Below are positions 51,224-60,606 of a stretch of DNA of 64,000 nucleotides, piece by piece. Below the pieces are notes generated by a model, which was given only the letters and a program-made list of their open reading frames with translations, ran no database searches and was not told the origin of the DNA. Source of the DNA: Acidimicrobiia bacterium (GTDB lineage: Bacteria; Actinomycetota; Acidimicrobiia; Acidimicrobiales; JANYDT01); assembly GCA_025359845.1 (NCBI GenBank), contig JANYDT010000052.1:8325-72324 (forward strand), written 5' to 3'. Every line of letters begins with the position of its first letter. Positions within the stretch are counted from its first letter, which is position 1. A program made the position numbers and the translations under genes.

Positions 51224-52312
51224 TCAATGCGCCACCGGAGCGGCGGCCACGGTGGCTGGAGCCTGCGGGCCCGGCGCCTTGATCTCCGGCAACCCCCGTC
51301 CGCCGTCGGCCACATACGTCCCGAAGGCTGGGTCGACCGTTACTTTCGCTGACTTGAGGCGAGCCGAAAGCTCCGTGCTCAGCTTGGCGTTGGCCACCTC
51401 GTCGAGCTTGGTCTGGACGATTGCCTGTTGGTTCTTGTCGAATTTCGGTGCTTCCCGCTTGGTCACTTTGAGAATATGGAATCCGAACTGGGTGTGCACC
51501 GGCTGACTGAGTTCGTTGACCTTGAGTGCCGTCGCCGCTACCGCAAACTCCTTCACGTATTGCGTCACGCTGCCGCAGCCAAGGGCCCCACCCTGGACTT
51601 TGGAGCCCGTGTCACTAGAGACATCCTTCGCGACCGCACCAAAGTCTTCGCCCTTTTCGATACGCGTTCGGGCCGCTACCGCCTTAGCTTCGCTATCGAC
51701 AAGCAGGTGACTGATGCACGTCTGGGCGAAATCGGCCTGGTGAGCGTCGTAGTACGCCTTCGGATCGAGCCCTCCAACGGCGTGCGTTCGGAGGGCTCCA
51801 ATTTCCATTTGGCGTCGGACGGCGGAGTCTCGGAACTTCTGCGGCAACTTGTCAAAAACCGCCGCCCCCCCGTAATTGGACGCGGCATCGCTGGCCGCCT
51901 TCTGATCGACAGCTTTTGCCAACGACAGCTTCTTCGACACAAAGTCAGCGTGAATGATTCGGCTGTACAGCTGGTTGGTGAGGGCCTGTGCCGTGATCGT
52001 GGCGCCAAAAACCTTGGGTTTCGTCGGGGCCACAGCGGGGGCCTTTCCCCCGGTAGTGGCCGCCTGTGTCCCTTCGATGCTCGAGAGGGTCTCCAGGTCG
52101 GTCTTGAGATCGCCCCGCGAATAGGTCGATCCATCGACAGTCATCGCTGGTCGGGTGACGCCCCCGCACGCCACGAGCCCGGTGAGGACGATGGTTAGGG
52201 CGCCAAGCGTGAGGACGAGTCGGGGCGTGGATGAGGCGACACGAGAAGAGGGGCGCACAAATAACAGACTATCGGTGATCCACCGATAGATCCGGCGACG
52301 AAAGGCCGACAT
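51224..52312 (-). CDS. Parvulin-type peptidyl-prolyl isomerase lipoprotein (PrsA/SurA-like)
   Basis: Lipobox LTGLVACGG. PPIase core ISHLLV...GGALGCG...FGFHILKV. Confidence 0.8.
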   Translation of the reverse strand: MSAFRRRIYRWITDSLLFVRPSSRVASSTPRLVLTLGALTIVLTGLVACGGVTRPAMTVDGSTYSRGDLKTDLETLSSIEGTQAATTGGKAPAVAPTKPKVFGATITAQALTNQLYSRIIHADFVSKKLSLAKAVDQKAASDAASNYGGAAVFDKLPQKFRDSAVRRQMEIGALRTHAVGGLDPKAYYDAHQADFAQTCISHLLVDSEAKAVAARTRIEKGEDFGAVAKDVSSDTGSKVQGGALGCGSVTQYVKEFAVAATALKVNELSQPVHTQFGFHILKVTKREAPKFDKNQQAIVQTKLDEVANAKLSTELSARLKSAKVTVDPAFGTYVADGGRGLPEIKAPGPQAPATVAAAPVAH

Positions 52313-52410
52313 GGAGGGGGCATCGGTGTAGTGCGACTAGGAACAACGTCCTAATGGTGACTACCCTGCAACGTATGCCGCAGCAGGACCTGACTGGCGC
52401 CGGAGTCGAA

Positions 52411-52987
52411 ATGAACCCGACCGCCCGTGATGCGTTGCTTGTCGCGAGAGTGATCGCCGGCGACGAAAGGGCGTTGGGCGATGTCTACGACCAGCACTCT
52501 TCGCTGGTGTACGGCCTCGCTCGTCGAGTCACCCAAAACGAAGTGGCGGCCCAAGACATCGCCCAAGACGTGTTCGGCTGGTTCTGGGAACGACCTGACA
52601 AATTCGATCCAGCGCGTGGATCGTTGAGGGCTTACTTGGGGGTCCTGACCCACCGTCGGGCCGTCGACTGGATCCGGCAGGAGTCGGCGACCAAAGCCCG
52701 TGAAGAGCGCGTGAAGAGCGCGTGTTCCGCCGCTGCGTCTCGATTGCCGTCGACTCAAGCGATCGGCCGGTGGTTGACGACTTGGCCACTCGGATCCGGA
52801 GGTGTGTTGATGCCCTACCCACGGATCAACGCGAGGCCGTCGTTCTGGCCTATTTCGGTGGGCACACCACAGAGAAGTGGCTGGCATCTTGCAGATTCCT
52901 GAAGGCACGGCGAAGAGTCGGCTTCGCCTCGCGCTGGCCAAACTGAGCAAGTTACTTACTGCGCAGGGTTTGACATCGTGGAGTTGA
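52411..52987 (+). pseudogene. ECF-type sigma-70 family factor, disrupted by an 11-nt tandem duplication and a 1-nt deletion
   Basis: Region 2 (DVYDQHSSLVYGLARRV...AQDIAQDVFGWFWE) is in frame 1. Region 4 first half (VDALPTDQREAVVLAYFGGHT) is in frame 0. The HTH (REVAGILQIPEGTAKSRLRLALAKL) is in frame 2. Removing 11 nt and adding 1 nt gives a 188-aa ORF. Confidence 0.8.
52700..52721 (+). repeat. Perfect 11-nt tandem duplication gtgaagagcgc x2 inside the ECF sigma gene
   Basis: Direct reading of 52700-52710 and 52711-52721. Confidence 0.95.
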
Positions 52988-53925
52988 ACGAGGAGTACTC
53001 AGGTGTCACCGAGGCGTTGGCGGAACTGGCCGCCGATGCGCCTCCGGATTGGCTCCGCTCGAGTGTTTTCGCCAACGCGCTCACCCGTCGGCGCGCCAAA
53101 CAACAGTTACGAGAGACTCAACCCACGGGTCCGGTGGCTGGCTTCATCGCGACAATCGACGAGTTTCGCAACCTACTCAAACGACTCGACCCTCAGGATT
53201 GGGTTCGCCCCCTCCTCAACGTCGGCCCGGGGGCCGACACGGTTGACGGCTGGACTATCAAAGATCTCGTTTCCCATCTCATCGCCATCGAGTCGTACTT
53301 CGGCGCGGCGATCGGGCTGGCGCCGTGGGTGGCCCCAGAGGGAACCGAAGCCGACCATCGGGGCATGACCATGGCCACAATCGCCGAGATGAACGGTCAC
53401 TCGTACGAGGTCGTGTTCCAGACCTGGAACGAACGGGTGGAGGCACTCCGCGCCCGCCTCGAGGTACTCACCGTCGCCGAACTCTCCCAGAGAACCCGGC
53501 TGCACTCACTCCATTTGCCGCTTCATCAAGTTCTGACCATCCGGACCTTCGAGGTCTGGACGCACGTCGAAGATGTCGCCCGAACCATTGGATTGCCGCC
53601 GCCCGGACTGGACGAGGGGAGATTGCCGGCCATGACTGCATTCGCAGTCGGCCTTGTGCCCTTTGGCCTGGCTCTCAACCAGCTAAACTTTTCGGGCAAG
53701 ACCGCCCGGATCGTCTTGACCGGCATCGGGGGAGGGGCGTTCGATCAAGCCCTGGCCTGGGGCGAGCAAGCGGGCGAGCCCGACGTGGTCCTCATTGCCG
53801 ATGCAGTCGACTTCTGCCGTCTGGCGGCCAAGCGCCTTTTCCCGTCCGAGTTGCGCCATCAGGGCGAGGGCGAGGTCGGCCTCGTGGCGGACATCCTCGT
53901 GGGCTGCGCCGTGCTGGCCGCATAA
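52978..53925 (+). CDS. DinB-fold / mycothiol-dependent maleylpyruvate isomerase N-terminal-domain family protein
   Basis: WTIKDLVSHLIAIESYF...EADHRGMT...VWTHVEDV. The GTG overlaps the sigma gene end by 10 nt. Confidence 0.65.
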   Translation: MELNEEYSGVTEALAELAADAPPDWLRSSVFANALTRRRAKQQLRETQPTGPVAGFIATIDEFRNLLKRLDPQDWVRPLLNVGPGADTVDGWTIKDLVSHLIAIESYFGAAIGLAPWVAPEGTEADHRGMTMATIAEMNGHSYEVVFQTWNERVEALRARLEVLTVAELSQRTRLHSLHLPLHQVLTIRTFEVWTHVEDVARTIGLPPPGLDEGRLPAMTAFAVGLVPFGLALNQLNFSGKTARIVLTGIGGGAFDQALAWGEQAGEPDVVLIADAVDFCRLAAKRLFPSELRHQGEGEVGLVADILVGCAVLAA

Positions 53926-53956
53926 AAGCCAGGCCGGCGGTTCGACGGGGGCAACC

Positions 53957-55348
53957 TCATGACGCCAGCGCTTCAGCCAACTTCAACAGCGCCTGCTCGA
54001 CCACCTCGCTGAGCGCAGGGTGGATCCAGATCTGGCCTTCAGCCAACTCTTCGACCGTGGCGCCAAGGTGCATGCCTTGCACGAGCAGCTGCACGAGCAC
54101 CGATGCCTGCGGGCCGATGATGTGGGCTCCGAGCAGTCGATGAGTAACCGGATCGCCGAGCAATTTCACGAAACTCGTGGTGTCTTCCATTGCCCACCCG
54201 TACGCCGCACTTGCGTAGTCGTGCCGGATGACCACGTGGGGCACCCCGGCCATCATCGCTTGACGCTCCGTCAGGCCGACCGACCCAATCTGGGGGGTCG
54301 TGAACACCGCATGGGGCGCGGCCCTGTCGTCCAAGCGCTTCGGCGCGTCAGGGTGCAACACGTTGTGTTGCACCAGGTAGGCCTCGAGATTGGCCATGTG
54401 CTTGAGCTGATGGCGACCGACGATGTCGCCCAGCGCCCAGATGCCTTGCACCCCCGTAAGGTTGGTGTCGTCGACCACCACAAAGCCACGGGCGTCGAGT
54501 TCGACACCGGTCTTCTCCACCTCGAGTTGGCGGCCGTTGGGCACCCGACCAGTGGCGATGAGCAGCATGTCACCTTCGACGCAGCGCCCGTCCCGTAGAT
54601 CGATCGCCACGCCGTCACCCGAATGGCGGAGGCGCACAGCCACCGGCTGAGCATCGAGCACCAATTCGAAGCGCTCTCTGACCATCTCTGTAAACCGGGC
54701 GCTGATGTCGTCGTCTTCGGCGCGTAGCACGACGTGAGTCCTGGTCACGATCGTGACCTTGGTGCCGAGGGCCTCGAAGACATGCCCGAACTCGGCGGCG
54801 ATGAACCCCGAACCGAGGATGATGAGATGGGCAGGTAAGGCTTCGATCCGCATGATCGTGTCGGAGGTGTGAAACGGCACCGCCCCCGGACCGCTCAGCC
54901 CCGCAATCTTAGGGATATTGGGCCGAGCCCCCGCGGCCAGCACAATGCGCTCTGCCGAAATGGTCGATCCGTTCACTTGCAGCTCGCGAAGCCCGGTGAA
55001 ACGGGCGTCTCCCGTGAATACATCGACGTTGGGCAGACCCCGCCGGTAGTCCTCGCCGCCCATGGCGATCGGATCGATGCGCCCGAAGACCCGATGCACG
55101 ATAGCCGGCCAGTCGGCCACGGCCTTGGTGGGCGGATCGAAGCGGAGCCCGTAACGACTGAGGTGGCGGGTCTGCTCGCCCACCTCAGCCGCATAGATGA
55201 ACATTTTGGATGGGATGCATCCGACGTTGAGACAGGTACCGCCGAACTTGTCGCGCTCCACGATGGCGATATTCCACTCGTCCATCTCCGGGGTGATGAG
55301 CGAGTTGCCCGAACCGGCGCCGACGATGAGCAGGTCATAGTGAGTCAC
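53957..55348 (-). CDS. mtr: Mycothione reductase-like pyridine nucleotide-disulfide oxidoreductase
   Basis: HYDLLIVGAGSGNS...FGGTCLNVGCIPSKMFIYAAEV. A GTG start at 55348 is inferred. Confidence 0.8.
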   Translation of the reverse strand: MTHYDLLIVGAGSGNSLITPEMDEWNIAIVERDKFGGTCLNVGCIPSKMFIYAAEVGEQTRHLSRYGLRFDPPTKAVADWPAIVHRVFGRIDPIAMGGEDYRRGLPNVDVFTGDARFTGLRELQVNGSTISAERIVLAAGARPNIPKIAGLSGPGAVPFHTSDTIMRIEALPAHLIILGSGFIAAEFGHVFEALGTKVTIVTRTHVVLRAEDDDISARFTEMVRERFELVLDAQPVAVRLRHSGDGVAIDLRDGRCVEGDMLLIATGRVPNGRQLEVEKTGVELDARGFVVVDDTNLTGVQGIWALGDIVGRHQLKHMANLEAYLVQHNVLHPDAPKRLDDRAAPHAVFTTPQIGSVGLTERQAMMAGVPHVVIRHDYASAAYGWAMEDTTSFVKLLGDPVTHRLLGAHIIGPQASVLVQLLVQGMHLGATVEELAEGQIWIHPALSEVVEQALLKLAEALAS

Positions 55349-55379
55349 ACGTGCACCGTATCGGGGCTGCGCCCTCTCG

Positions 55380-56255
55380 TTACACGTTGACGGAAAGGTC
55401 GCCAGTGAGCGCGTTGGCCTCGCCACCCACCGCGTAGTACGAAAGCCACATATTGCGCGGCAACCATTGCATGCCTTTGTCGGCCCGAAGGTCATCCAAT
55501 AGGCTTCCGCTGGCTTGGTTGCTCTGCTGCAGTGTGAGCGCACCTCCTCCGTGCTCATACGATTTGGGCTGACGATCAGTCATGACAAATACATCTGCAT
55601 CGACGATCTCGCGATTGGACTTGCCAAGCGTCAAGATGTGCAGCGGGACCCATGGCTTCTTCATCGGGATTTGAATGTGGATCGGCGTGCCTTGACCGGT
55701 AACTTGATTGCGCTCCGCGGCGCGCCGCGCATCAAAGCGTGCGGCGAGGAAGTATGGACTCTTCCTGGCGTAATGGTTGAGCACCTTCGGGGCATCGTTG
55801 GAGAGGCGGAAGTCGTGCTGATTGGCCCAACGGATCACCTCCGCGGCGCCCCCTTGCAACACGGTGATATCGAGCGCGTCGATCTTCGTTTCCAAGATGA
55901 CTTTGGCCGTGCCCACGGCCGAGGGGGCCGCCGCCGCCAACGTGTCTTCGGCGAACACCGGACGCACCTCGCGCAACAGTCGTTGGAGCGTCCAGTCGCC
56001 GCCCCGATCGACTTTGGTCGGTCGACCGGGCAACGGGATGATCGAGCCGAACTCGGTGGATCCGCCCTCGTATTGAAAGCTCGTGATGTAATGCTCGATG
56101 CCCCGGTGGAAGGCGGCGAGCGTCGAGGTTCGGGCGAGGCGGATCGTGCCGTTGGGATCGACCAGCCCGCCGCACGCGAAGGCAGGGGCGGAAGCCAAGC
56201 CCAGGGCGGCGAGGGTGAGAGCGGCAAGGGAACGGGTCGTGGCGCTTCGTTTCAT
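55380..56255 (-). CDS. Secreted hypothetical protein (possibly DUF2330-like; unverified)
   Basis: Signal peptide MKRSATTRSLAALTLAALGLASAPAFACGG. 291-aa ORF. Confidence 0.6.
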   Translation of the reverse strand: MKRSATTRSLAALTLAALGLASAPAFACGGLVDPNGTIRLARTSTLAAFHRGIEHYITSFQYEGGSTEFGSIIPLPGRPTKVDRGGDWTLQRLLREVRPVFAEDTLAAAAPSAVGTAKVILETKIDALDITVLQGGAAEVIRWANQHDFRLSNDAPKVLNHYARKSPYFLAARFDARRAAERNQVTGQGTPIHIQIPMKKPWVPLHILTLGKSNREIVDADVFVMTDRQPKSYEHGGGALTLQQSNQASGSLLDDLRADKGMQWLPRNMWLSYYAVGGEANALTGDLSVNV

Positions 56256-56332
56256 GCAGACTCTGACGTCACCGCGCTACACCTGGGTTCCCGCGGGGAG
56301 CCGGTTTGTTCGAGCAATTCGGGCGAGGAGGG

Positions 56333-59300
56333 TCAGTCGGGCGGATACAACTCGGCCAGAAAGGCCAGCAGCGCATCGGCCACGACCGTGCCTTTGCCAC
56401 TCTTGAGAGGGTGGATGATCAGCTTCTCGGGGCGCTTGTAGACCCCGGCGCGCGAAAGCCGCTGCAAGCGAATTTCTTGGCTGGCCTTCAGCTCGACGGG
56501 TGACAGGCGAGCGGCCAACATGCCCGGAATCATGCCCGATGCCTTAGTGACAACGATCTCACGAATCCCGGTACGCACGCATTCGGCCCGCAACCGAGCG
56601 ACCGCAAGCAGCGCCGCGGCACGCTCGGGGATGGGCCCATATCGATCAACCCATTCGGTGGCGACGTCGTCGACGTCGGTCTGCGAAGTGACCTCAGCAA
56701 GGCGGCGATAGGCTTCTAGCCGTAACGGCTCTTTGGCGATGTAATCGTGCGGAATGTTGGCATCGACGGGCACTTCAAGTTTGATCTCGGCCGCTTGACG
56801 GGGAGTTTCACCTTTGAGTTCGCCGACGGCTTCGATCACCATTTGCGAGTAGAGGTCGTAGCCGACGGCGGCTATATGGCCGGATTGGCTGCCGCCCAAC
56901 AAGTTGCCCGCCCCCCGAATCTCGAGGTCGCGCATCGCAATCTTGAACCCCGAACCCAGCTCGGTGTGCTCGCCGATGGTCTTCAGCCGTTCGTAAGCCT
57001 CTTCGGACAATGACACATCGGGCGGAAAGAACAAATAGGCATAGGCCCGTTGCCCGGCTCGTCCTACCCGGCCCCGCAGCTGGTGCAGTTGCCCGAGGCC
57101 GAGGCGATCGGCCCGGTCGACGACCATGGTATTGACCGTGGGCATGTCAATTCCCGATTCGATGATGGTCGTGCACACGAGCACGTCGGCCTTACCCTCC
57201 CAGAAGTCATAGACGACTTGCTCCAGCGTTCCTTCGTCCATCTGGCCGTGGGCGATGACGACCCGCGCTTCGGGCACCAGCGACCGGACGCGGTCGGCGA
57301 CCATTTCGATGTCGACGACACGGTTGTGGACGAAGAAGACCTGCCCTTCACGCAGCAGTTCGCGGCGGATGGCTTCGGCCACCGCCCGTTCGTCGTACTC
57401 ACCGACGAACGTCAATATCGGTTGACGCTCGGCCGGGGCCGTGTTTAGGAGCGACAAGTCGCGGATGCCGGTGAGGGCCATCTCGAGGGTCCGGGGGATC
57501 GGCGTGGCCGACAGCGTGAGGACGTCGACGTTGGCCTTCAGCTGCTTCATGGTTTCTTTGTGCGTGACCCCGAAGCGCTGTTCTTCGTCGACCACAAGCA
57601 GCCCGAGTTTCTTGAATTTGATATCGGAGCCGAGCAGCCTATGGGTGCCTATGACAACGTCGACTTCTCCGTCACGCACACCGTTGACGACGCGCTTGGC
57701 TTGGGCCGGGGTGAGAAATCGTGACAACACTTCGACCCGCACCGGGTAATTGGCGAACCGGTCGCTGAAGGTCTGGAAATGTTGCTGGGCCAACAACGTG
57801 GTGGGCACGAGGATCGCCGCTTGTTGGCCGTCTTGAATGCACTTGAACACGGCCCGGATGGCCACTTCGGTCTTACCGAACCCGACGTCGCCGCACACCA
57901 GTCGGTCCATGGGCGACTCCGACTCCATATCGGCCTTGACGTCGGCGATGGCTCGCAGCTGATCGGGCGTCTCGGCAAACGGAAAAGCCTCTTCGATCTC
58001 GGTCTGCCACGGCGTGTCACCACCAAAGGCGTGCCCGACCGCGGTGATCCGGGTTTGGTACAGCACGACCAGTTCTTGGGCAATCTCACGCACCGCGGCT
58101 CGCACTCGGGCCTTCGTTTGCGCCCAATCCTTGCCCCCAAGTTTGTGCAGTGAAGGGGGCTCACCGCTGTAGGGACGCACCGCGTCGATCTGATCGGAGG
58201 GCACGTACAGCTTGTCGTTGCTCTTGTATTCAAGCAGCAGGTAATCACGGTCGACGCCGCCGATGGCCCGCTTCACCATCCCCGCGAAACGCCCGACGCC
58301 GTGCTGGTGGTGCACGACGTAGTCACCCGGTTTGAGGTCTTCGAAGAAGCCTTGAGCGGCCCGTTTGCGAGCTTTGACACGGCGATGGGCCCGACGGCGA
58401 CCGGTCAGATCGGCTTCGGCCAACAGCGCCAGCTTGATCGACGGGAGGATAAACCCACGTTCGATGGCCTGAACGGCGATCTGGACCCCGGCGCGCCGAT
58501 CGTGGCCCGAGAGCGTCACCTCGTGGCCGGGCGGCAAAACGTCGGTACGCATGCCTTGTTCACGCAGGATCGCTTGTATCCGGTCGCCCGAACCCTCTCC
58601 GTCGGCGCACACCACGACCCGGTAGCCGTCGTCGACCAACCGGCGCATTTGGCTCACTATCACCCCCGGGTCGCCGAGCACCGGCGCCCATCCCATAGCC
58701 TGAACAACAGTCGTGTCGGGGCCTTCGGGGGCCGCGGCCAGCGTCCAAACGGGGGCCTTGGTATGGACGAGCAATCGATCGAAGGGCATGTGCAACCGGG
58801 GAAACTGGCTGCCCGTCGCGTCCCAAGTGCGGGCCAACGTGTAGGCCAGCGCTGCCTCCTCATCCAAAAGTTCGGCGGCGCGATCACGTATGCGGCGGGG
58901 CTCCACCAACACCACCAGCGCGTCGGGCGACAGCAAGTCGAGCAGGACGTGCTCATCCGTGGTGAGCCACGGCAACCAGCTTTCCATGCCGTCGAATACC
59001 AACCCGTTGGCCAGTTTGTCCCACTGATCCACCGCCCAGGGTTCCGTGGCGATAAGGCTCTCGGCCCGGGCCCGAACTTCGGGTGTCGGCCGCAGCTCGC
59101 GGCAACCGAAGAGCACCACCTCGGCGAGATCGATGGTCGCCCGTTGGTCGTGCACGCTGAACTCGGTGAGGCGTTCGACCTCATCGCCCCAAAGGTCGAT
59201 GCGCGCCGGGGCGTCGGCCGTGGCCGGATACACGTCGACGATTGAGCCGCGAACGGCCACTTCGCCACGGTGCTCAACCTGGTATTCACGCCGGTATCCG

Positions 59301-59770
59301 AGGCCGACCAAGGCCTCGACCAGTGCTTGGGGGTCGATCGTGTCGCCCGGTCGTACAATTATGGGGTCGGTGTCTTCGACGTGCGGACCGAGTCGCTGCA
59401 GCAGCGCCTTGATCGGGGCGACGACCACCGCGGGCGGTTCGTTGGACCGAAGCTTCCACATGGCCCGTAGCCGTAGCGCCATGGTCTCGAAGCTCGGAGA
59501 GACCCGTTCGAACGGCAGCGTTTCCCACGCCGGAAAAACGTCGACTTCGTCAGGGCCGAGGTACGCCCGCAGATCATGGGCCAGGCGATCGGCGTCGGTT
59601 CCGGTAGGAGTCACGACCACCAGCGGTCGGCGCGTGCTGGCTGCGGCCAGTCCAGCCAACACGAACGCGCGGGCCGGCTCCGCTACGGCCAGCAGGCCGT
59701 GACGGGAGCCGAGCACACCGGCAAGTTCAGGCTCGCGTCGAAGCAGCTGCGGGAGTGCGGTGAGGGTCAT
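56333..59770 (-). CDS. mfd: Transcription-repair coupling factor
   Basis: 1145 aa. RLVCGDVGFGKTEVA, LLVVDEEQRFG, QLRGRVGRAGQRAYAY. Confidence 0.97.
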   Translation of the reverse strand: MTLTALPQLLRREPELAGVLGSRHGLLAVAEPARAFVLAGLAAASTRRPLVVVTPTGTDADRLAHDLRAYLGPDEVDVFPAWETLPFERVSPSFETMALRLRAMWKLRSNEPPAVVVAPIKALLQRLGPHVEDTDPIIVRPGDTIDPQALVEALVGLGYRREYQVEHRGEVAVRGSIVDVYPATADAPARIDLWGDEVERLTEFSVHDQRATIDLAEVVLFGCRELRPTPEVRARAESLIATEPWAVDQWDKLANGLVFDGMESWLPWLTTDEHVLLDLLSPDALVVLVEPRRIRDRAAELLDEEAALAYTLARTWDATGSQFPRLHMPFDRLLVHTKAPVWTLAAAPEGPDTTVVQAMGWAPVLGDPGVIVSQMRRLVDDGYRVVVCADGEGSGDRIQAILREQGMRTDVLPPGHEVTLSGHDRRAGVQIAVQAIERGFILPSIKLALLAEADLTGRRRAHRRVKARKRAAQGFFEDLKPGDYVVHHQHGVGRFAGMVKRAIGGVDRDYLLLEYKSNDKLYVPSDQIDAVRPYSGEPPSLHKLGGKDWAQTKARVRAAVREIAQELVVLYQTRITAVGHAFGGDTPWQTEIEEAFPFAETPDQLRAIADVKADMESESPMDRLVCGDVGFGKTEVAIRAVFKCIQDGQQAAILVPTTLLAQQHFQTFSDRFANYPVRVEVLSRFLTPAQAKRVVNGVRDGEVDVVIGTHRLLGSDIKFKKLGLLVVDEEQRFGVTHKETMKQLKANVDVLTLSATPIPRTLEMALTGIRDLSLLNTAPAERQPILTFVGEYDERAVAEAIRRELLREGQVFFVHNRVVDIEMVADRVRSLVPEARVVIAHGQMDEGTLEQVVYDFWEGKADVLVCTTIIESGIDMPTVNTMVVDRADRLGLGQLHQLRGRVGRAGQRAYAYLFFPPDVSLSEEAYERLKTIGEHTELGSGFKIAMRDLEIRGAGNLLGGSQSGHIAAVGYDLYSQMVIEAVGELKGETPRQAAEIKLEVPVDANIPHDYIAKEPLRLEAYRRLAEVTSQTDVDDVATEWVDRYGPIPERAAALLAVARLRAECVRTGIREIVVTKASGMIPGMLAARLSPVELKASQEIRLQRLSRAGVYKRPEKLIIHPLKSGKGTVVADALLAFLAELYPPD

Positions 59771-60540
59771 CGAATGACGCGCTCGCGCACGGTTTTGCAG
59801 ACTCTTTTATTTTTTACTGTCCGGCACCGGCGCACGGTCCGGAAACGCGCCGCCGGCTTCGATTTTGCCGTCTTGGCCACGGTCGGTTTCGCCAATACCA
59901 CAGTCGTGGTATTGGCCGGCAGCGGGGGCGGCGGCGGCTGTGTCGTAGAGGTTGTGGGCGCGGGCGTTGTCGTTGGGGATGCGATTATAGGCGGCGCAAT
60001 GGTGGTTGTGGGGCGAGTCGTCGTGGGCGACGTAGTGGTCGTAGTGGTCGCCACGGTTGCAGTGACGACAGGCAGGCCGAAGAGCGCGTCAGTCTCACGC
60101 GTGACCGCCACCGCATCGGACTCGCCCACGGATTGAGGATCGACGGCCTGCCCGTTCACCGTGGTCGGAAATGTCACCGCCCGGACTCCACCTCCGATGA
60201 TGAATCCCGTTCCGAAGATACCGCGGGCGCCCGTACCCAGAACCGTCAAACGGAATACACAGTTGGTCGAAGGACCTAATGGATACAGGGCCTTCGCCGA
60301 GCCTCCGGCGGCCGTGAAGCTGAAGGACTGTGTCCACGGGGCGCCGGCCGGCAGTCCAATCAGGTCCTTGCATATGACATCGACCGTGAAGCCGGATACG
60401 TTGGCGGGAGGCAAGGGAAAGTTCACAACCAGGCGGATCTCTTGGATCGGCGAAAGCGTCGTGGTGGTCTGGGCCGTAGCCGAAAAACCTAACCCGGCCA
60501 CAAGACCGAGAGCACACGTGAAAACGAGCTGGCGTCTCAT
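59767..60540 (-). CDS. Secreted hypothetical protein with Thr/Pro-rich linker and highly basic C-terminal tail
   Basis: Signal peptide MRRQLVFTCALGLVAGLGFSATA. T/P run TTTTTSPTTTRPTTT...PPPPPLP. Tail RFRTVRRCRTVKNKRVCKTVRERVIR. ATGA overlap with the mfd start. Confidence 0.7.
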   Translation of the reverse strand: MRRQLVFTCALGLVAGLGFSATAQTTTTLSPIQEIRLVVNFPLPPANVSGFTVDVICKDLIGLPAGAPWTQSFSFTAAGGSAKALYPLGPSTNCVFRLTVLGTGARGIFGTGFIIGGGVRAVTFPTTVNGQAVDPQSVGESDAVAVTRETDALFGLPVVTATVATTTTTTSPTTTRPTTTIAPPIIASPTTTPAPTTSTTQPPPPPLPANTTTVVLAKPTVAKTAKSKPAARFRTVRRCRTVKNKRVCKTVRERVIR

Positions 60541-60562
60541 CCGTTGCAGGTTAGTGCCTTAC

Positions 60563-60606
60563 TTCCCGTGTTCACTCGGTTCACTTTCCCGTGTTCACTC
60601 GGTTCA
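60563..60606. repeat. Perfect 21-nt direct repeat with 23-nt period (ttcccgtgttcactcggttca x2) at the 3' end of pth
   Basis: Copy A is 60563-60583 and copy B is 60586-60606. The pth stop (60581-60583) lies in copy A. Confidence 0.95.

Noticed and set aside
58301-59245. 314-aa plus-strand ORF, and similar long ORFs at 60161-61366, 61633-62685 (minus strand) and 1715-3133
   Set aside because: All lie antisense to or out of frame with genes that have clear family motifs. Their Arg/Gly/Pro-rich composition is typical of high-GC shadow ORFs.
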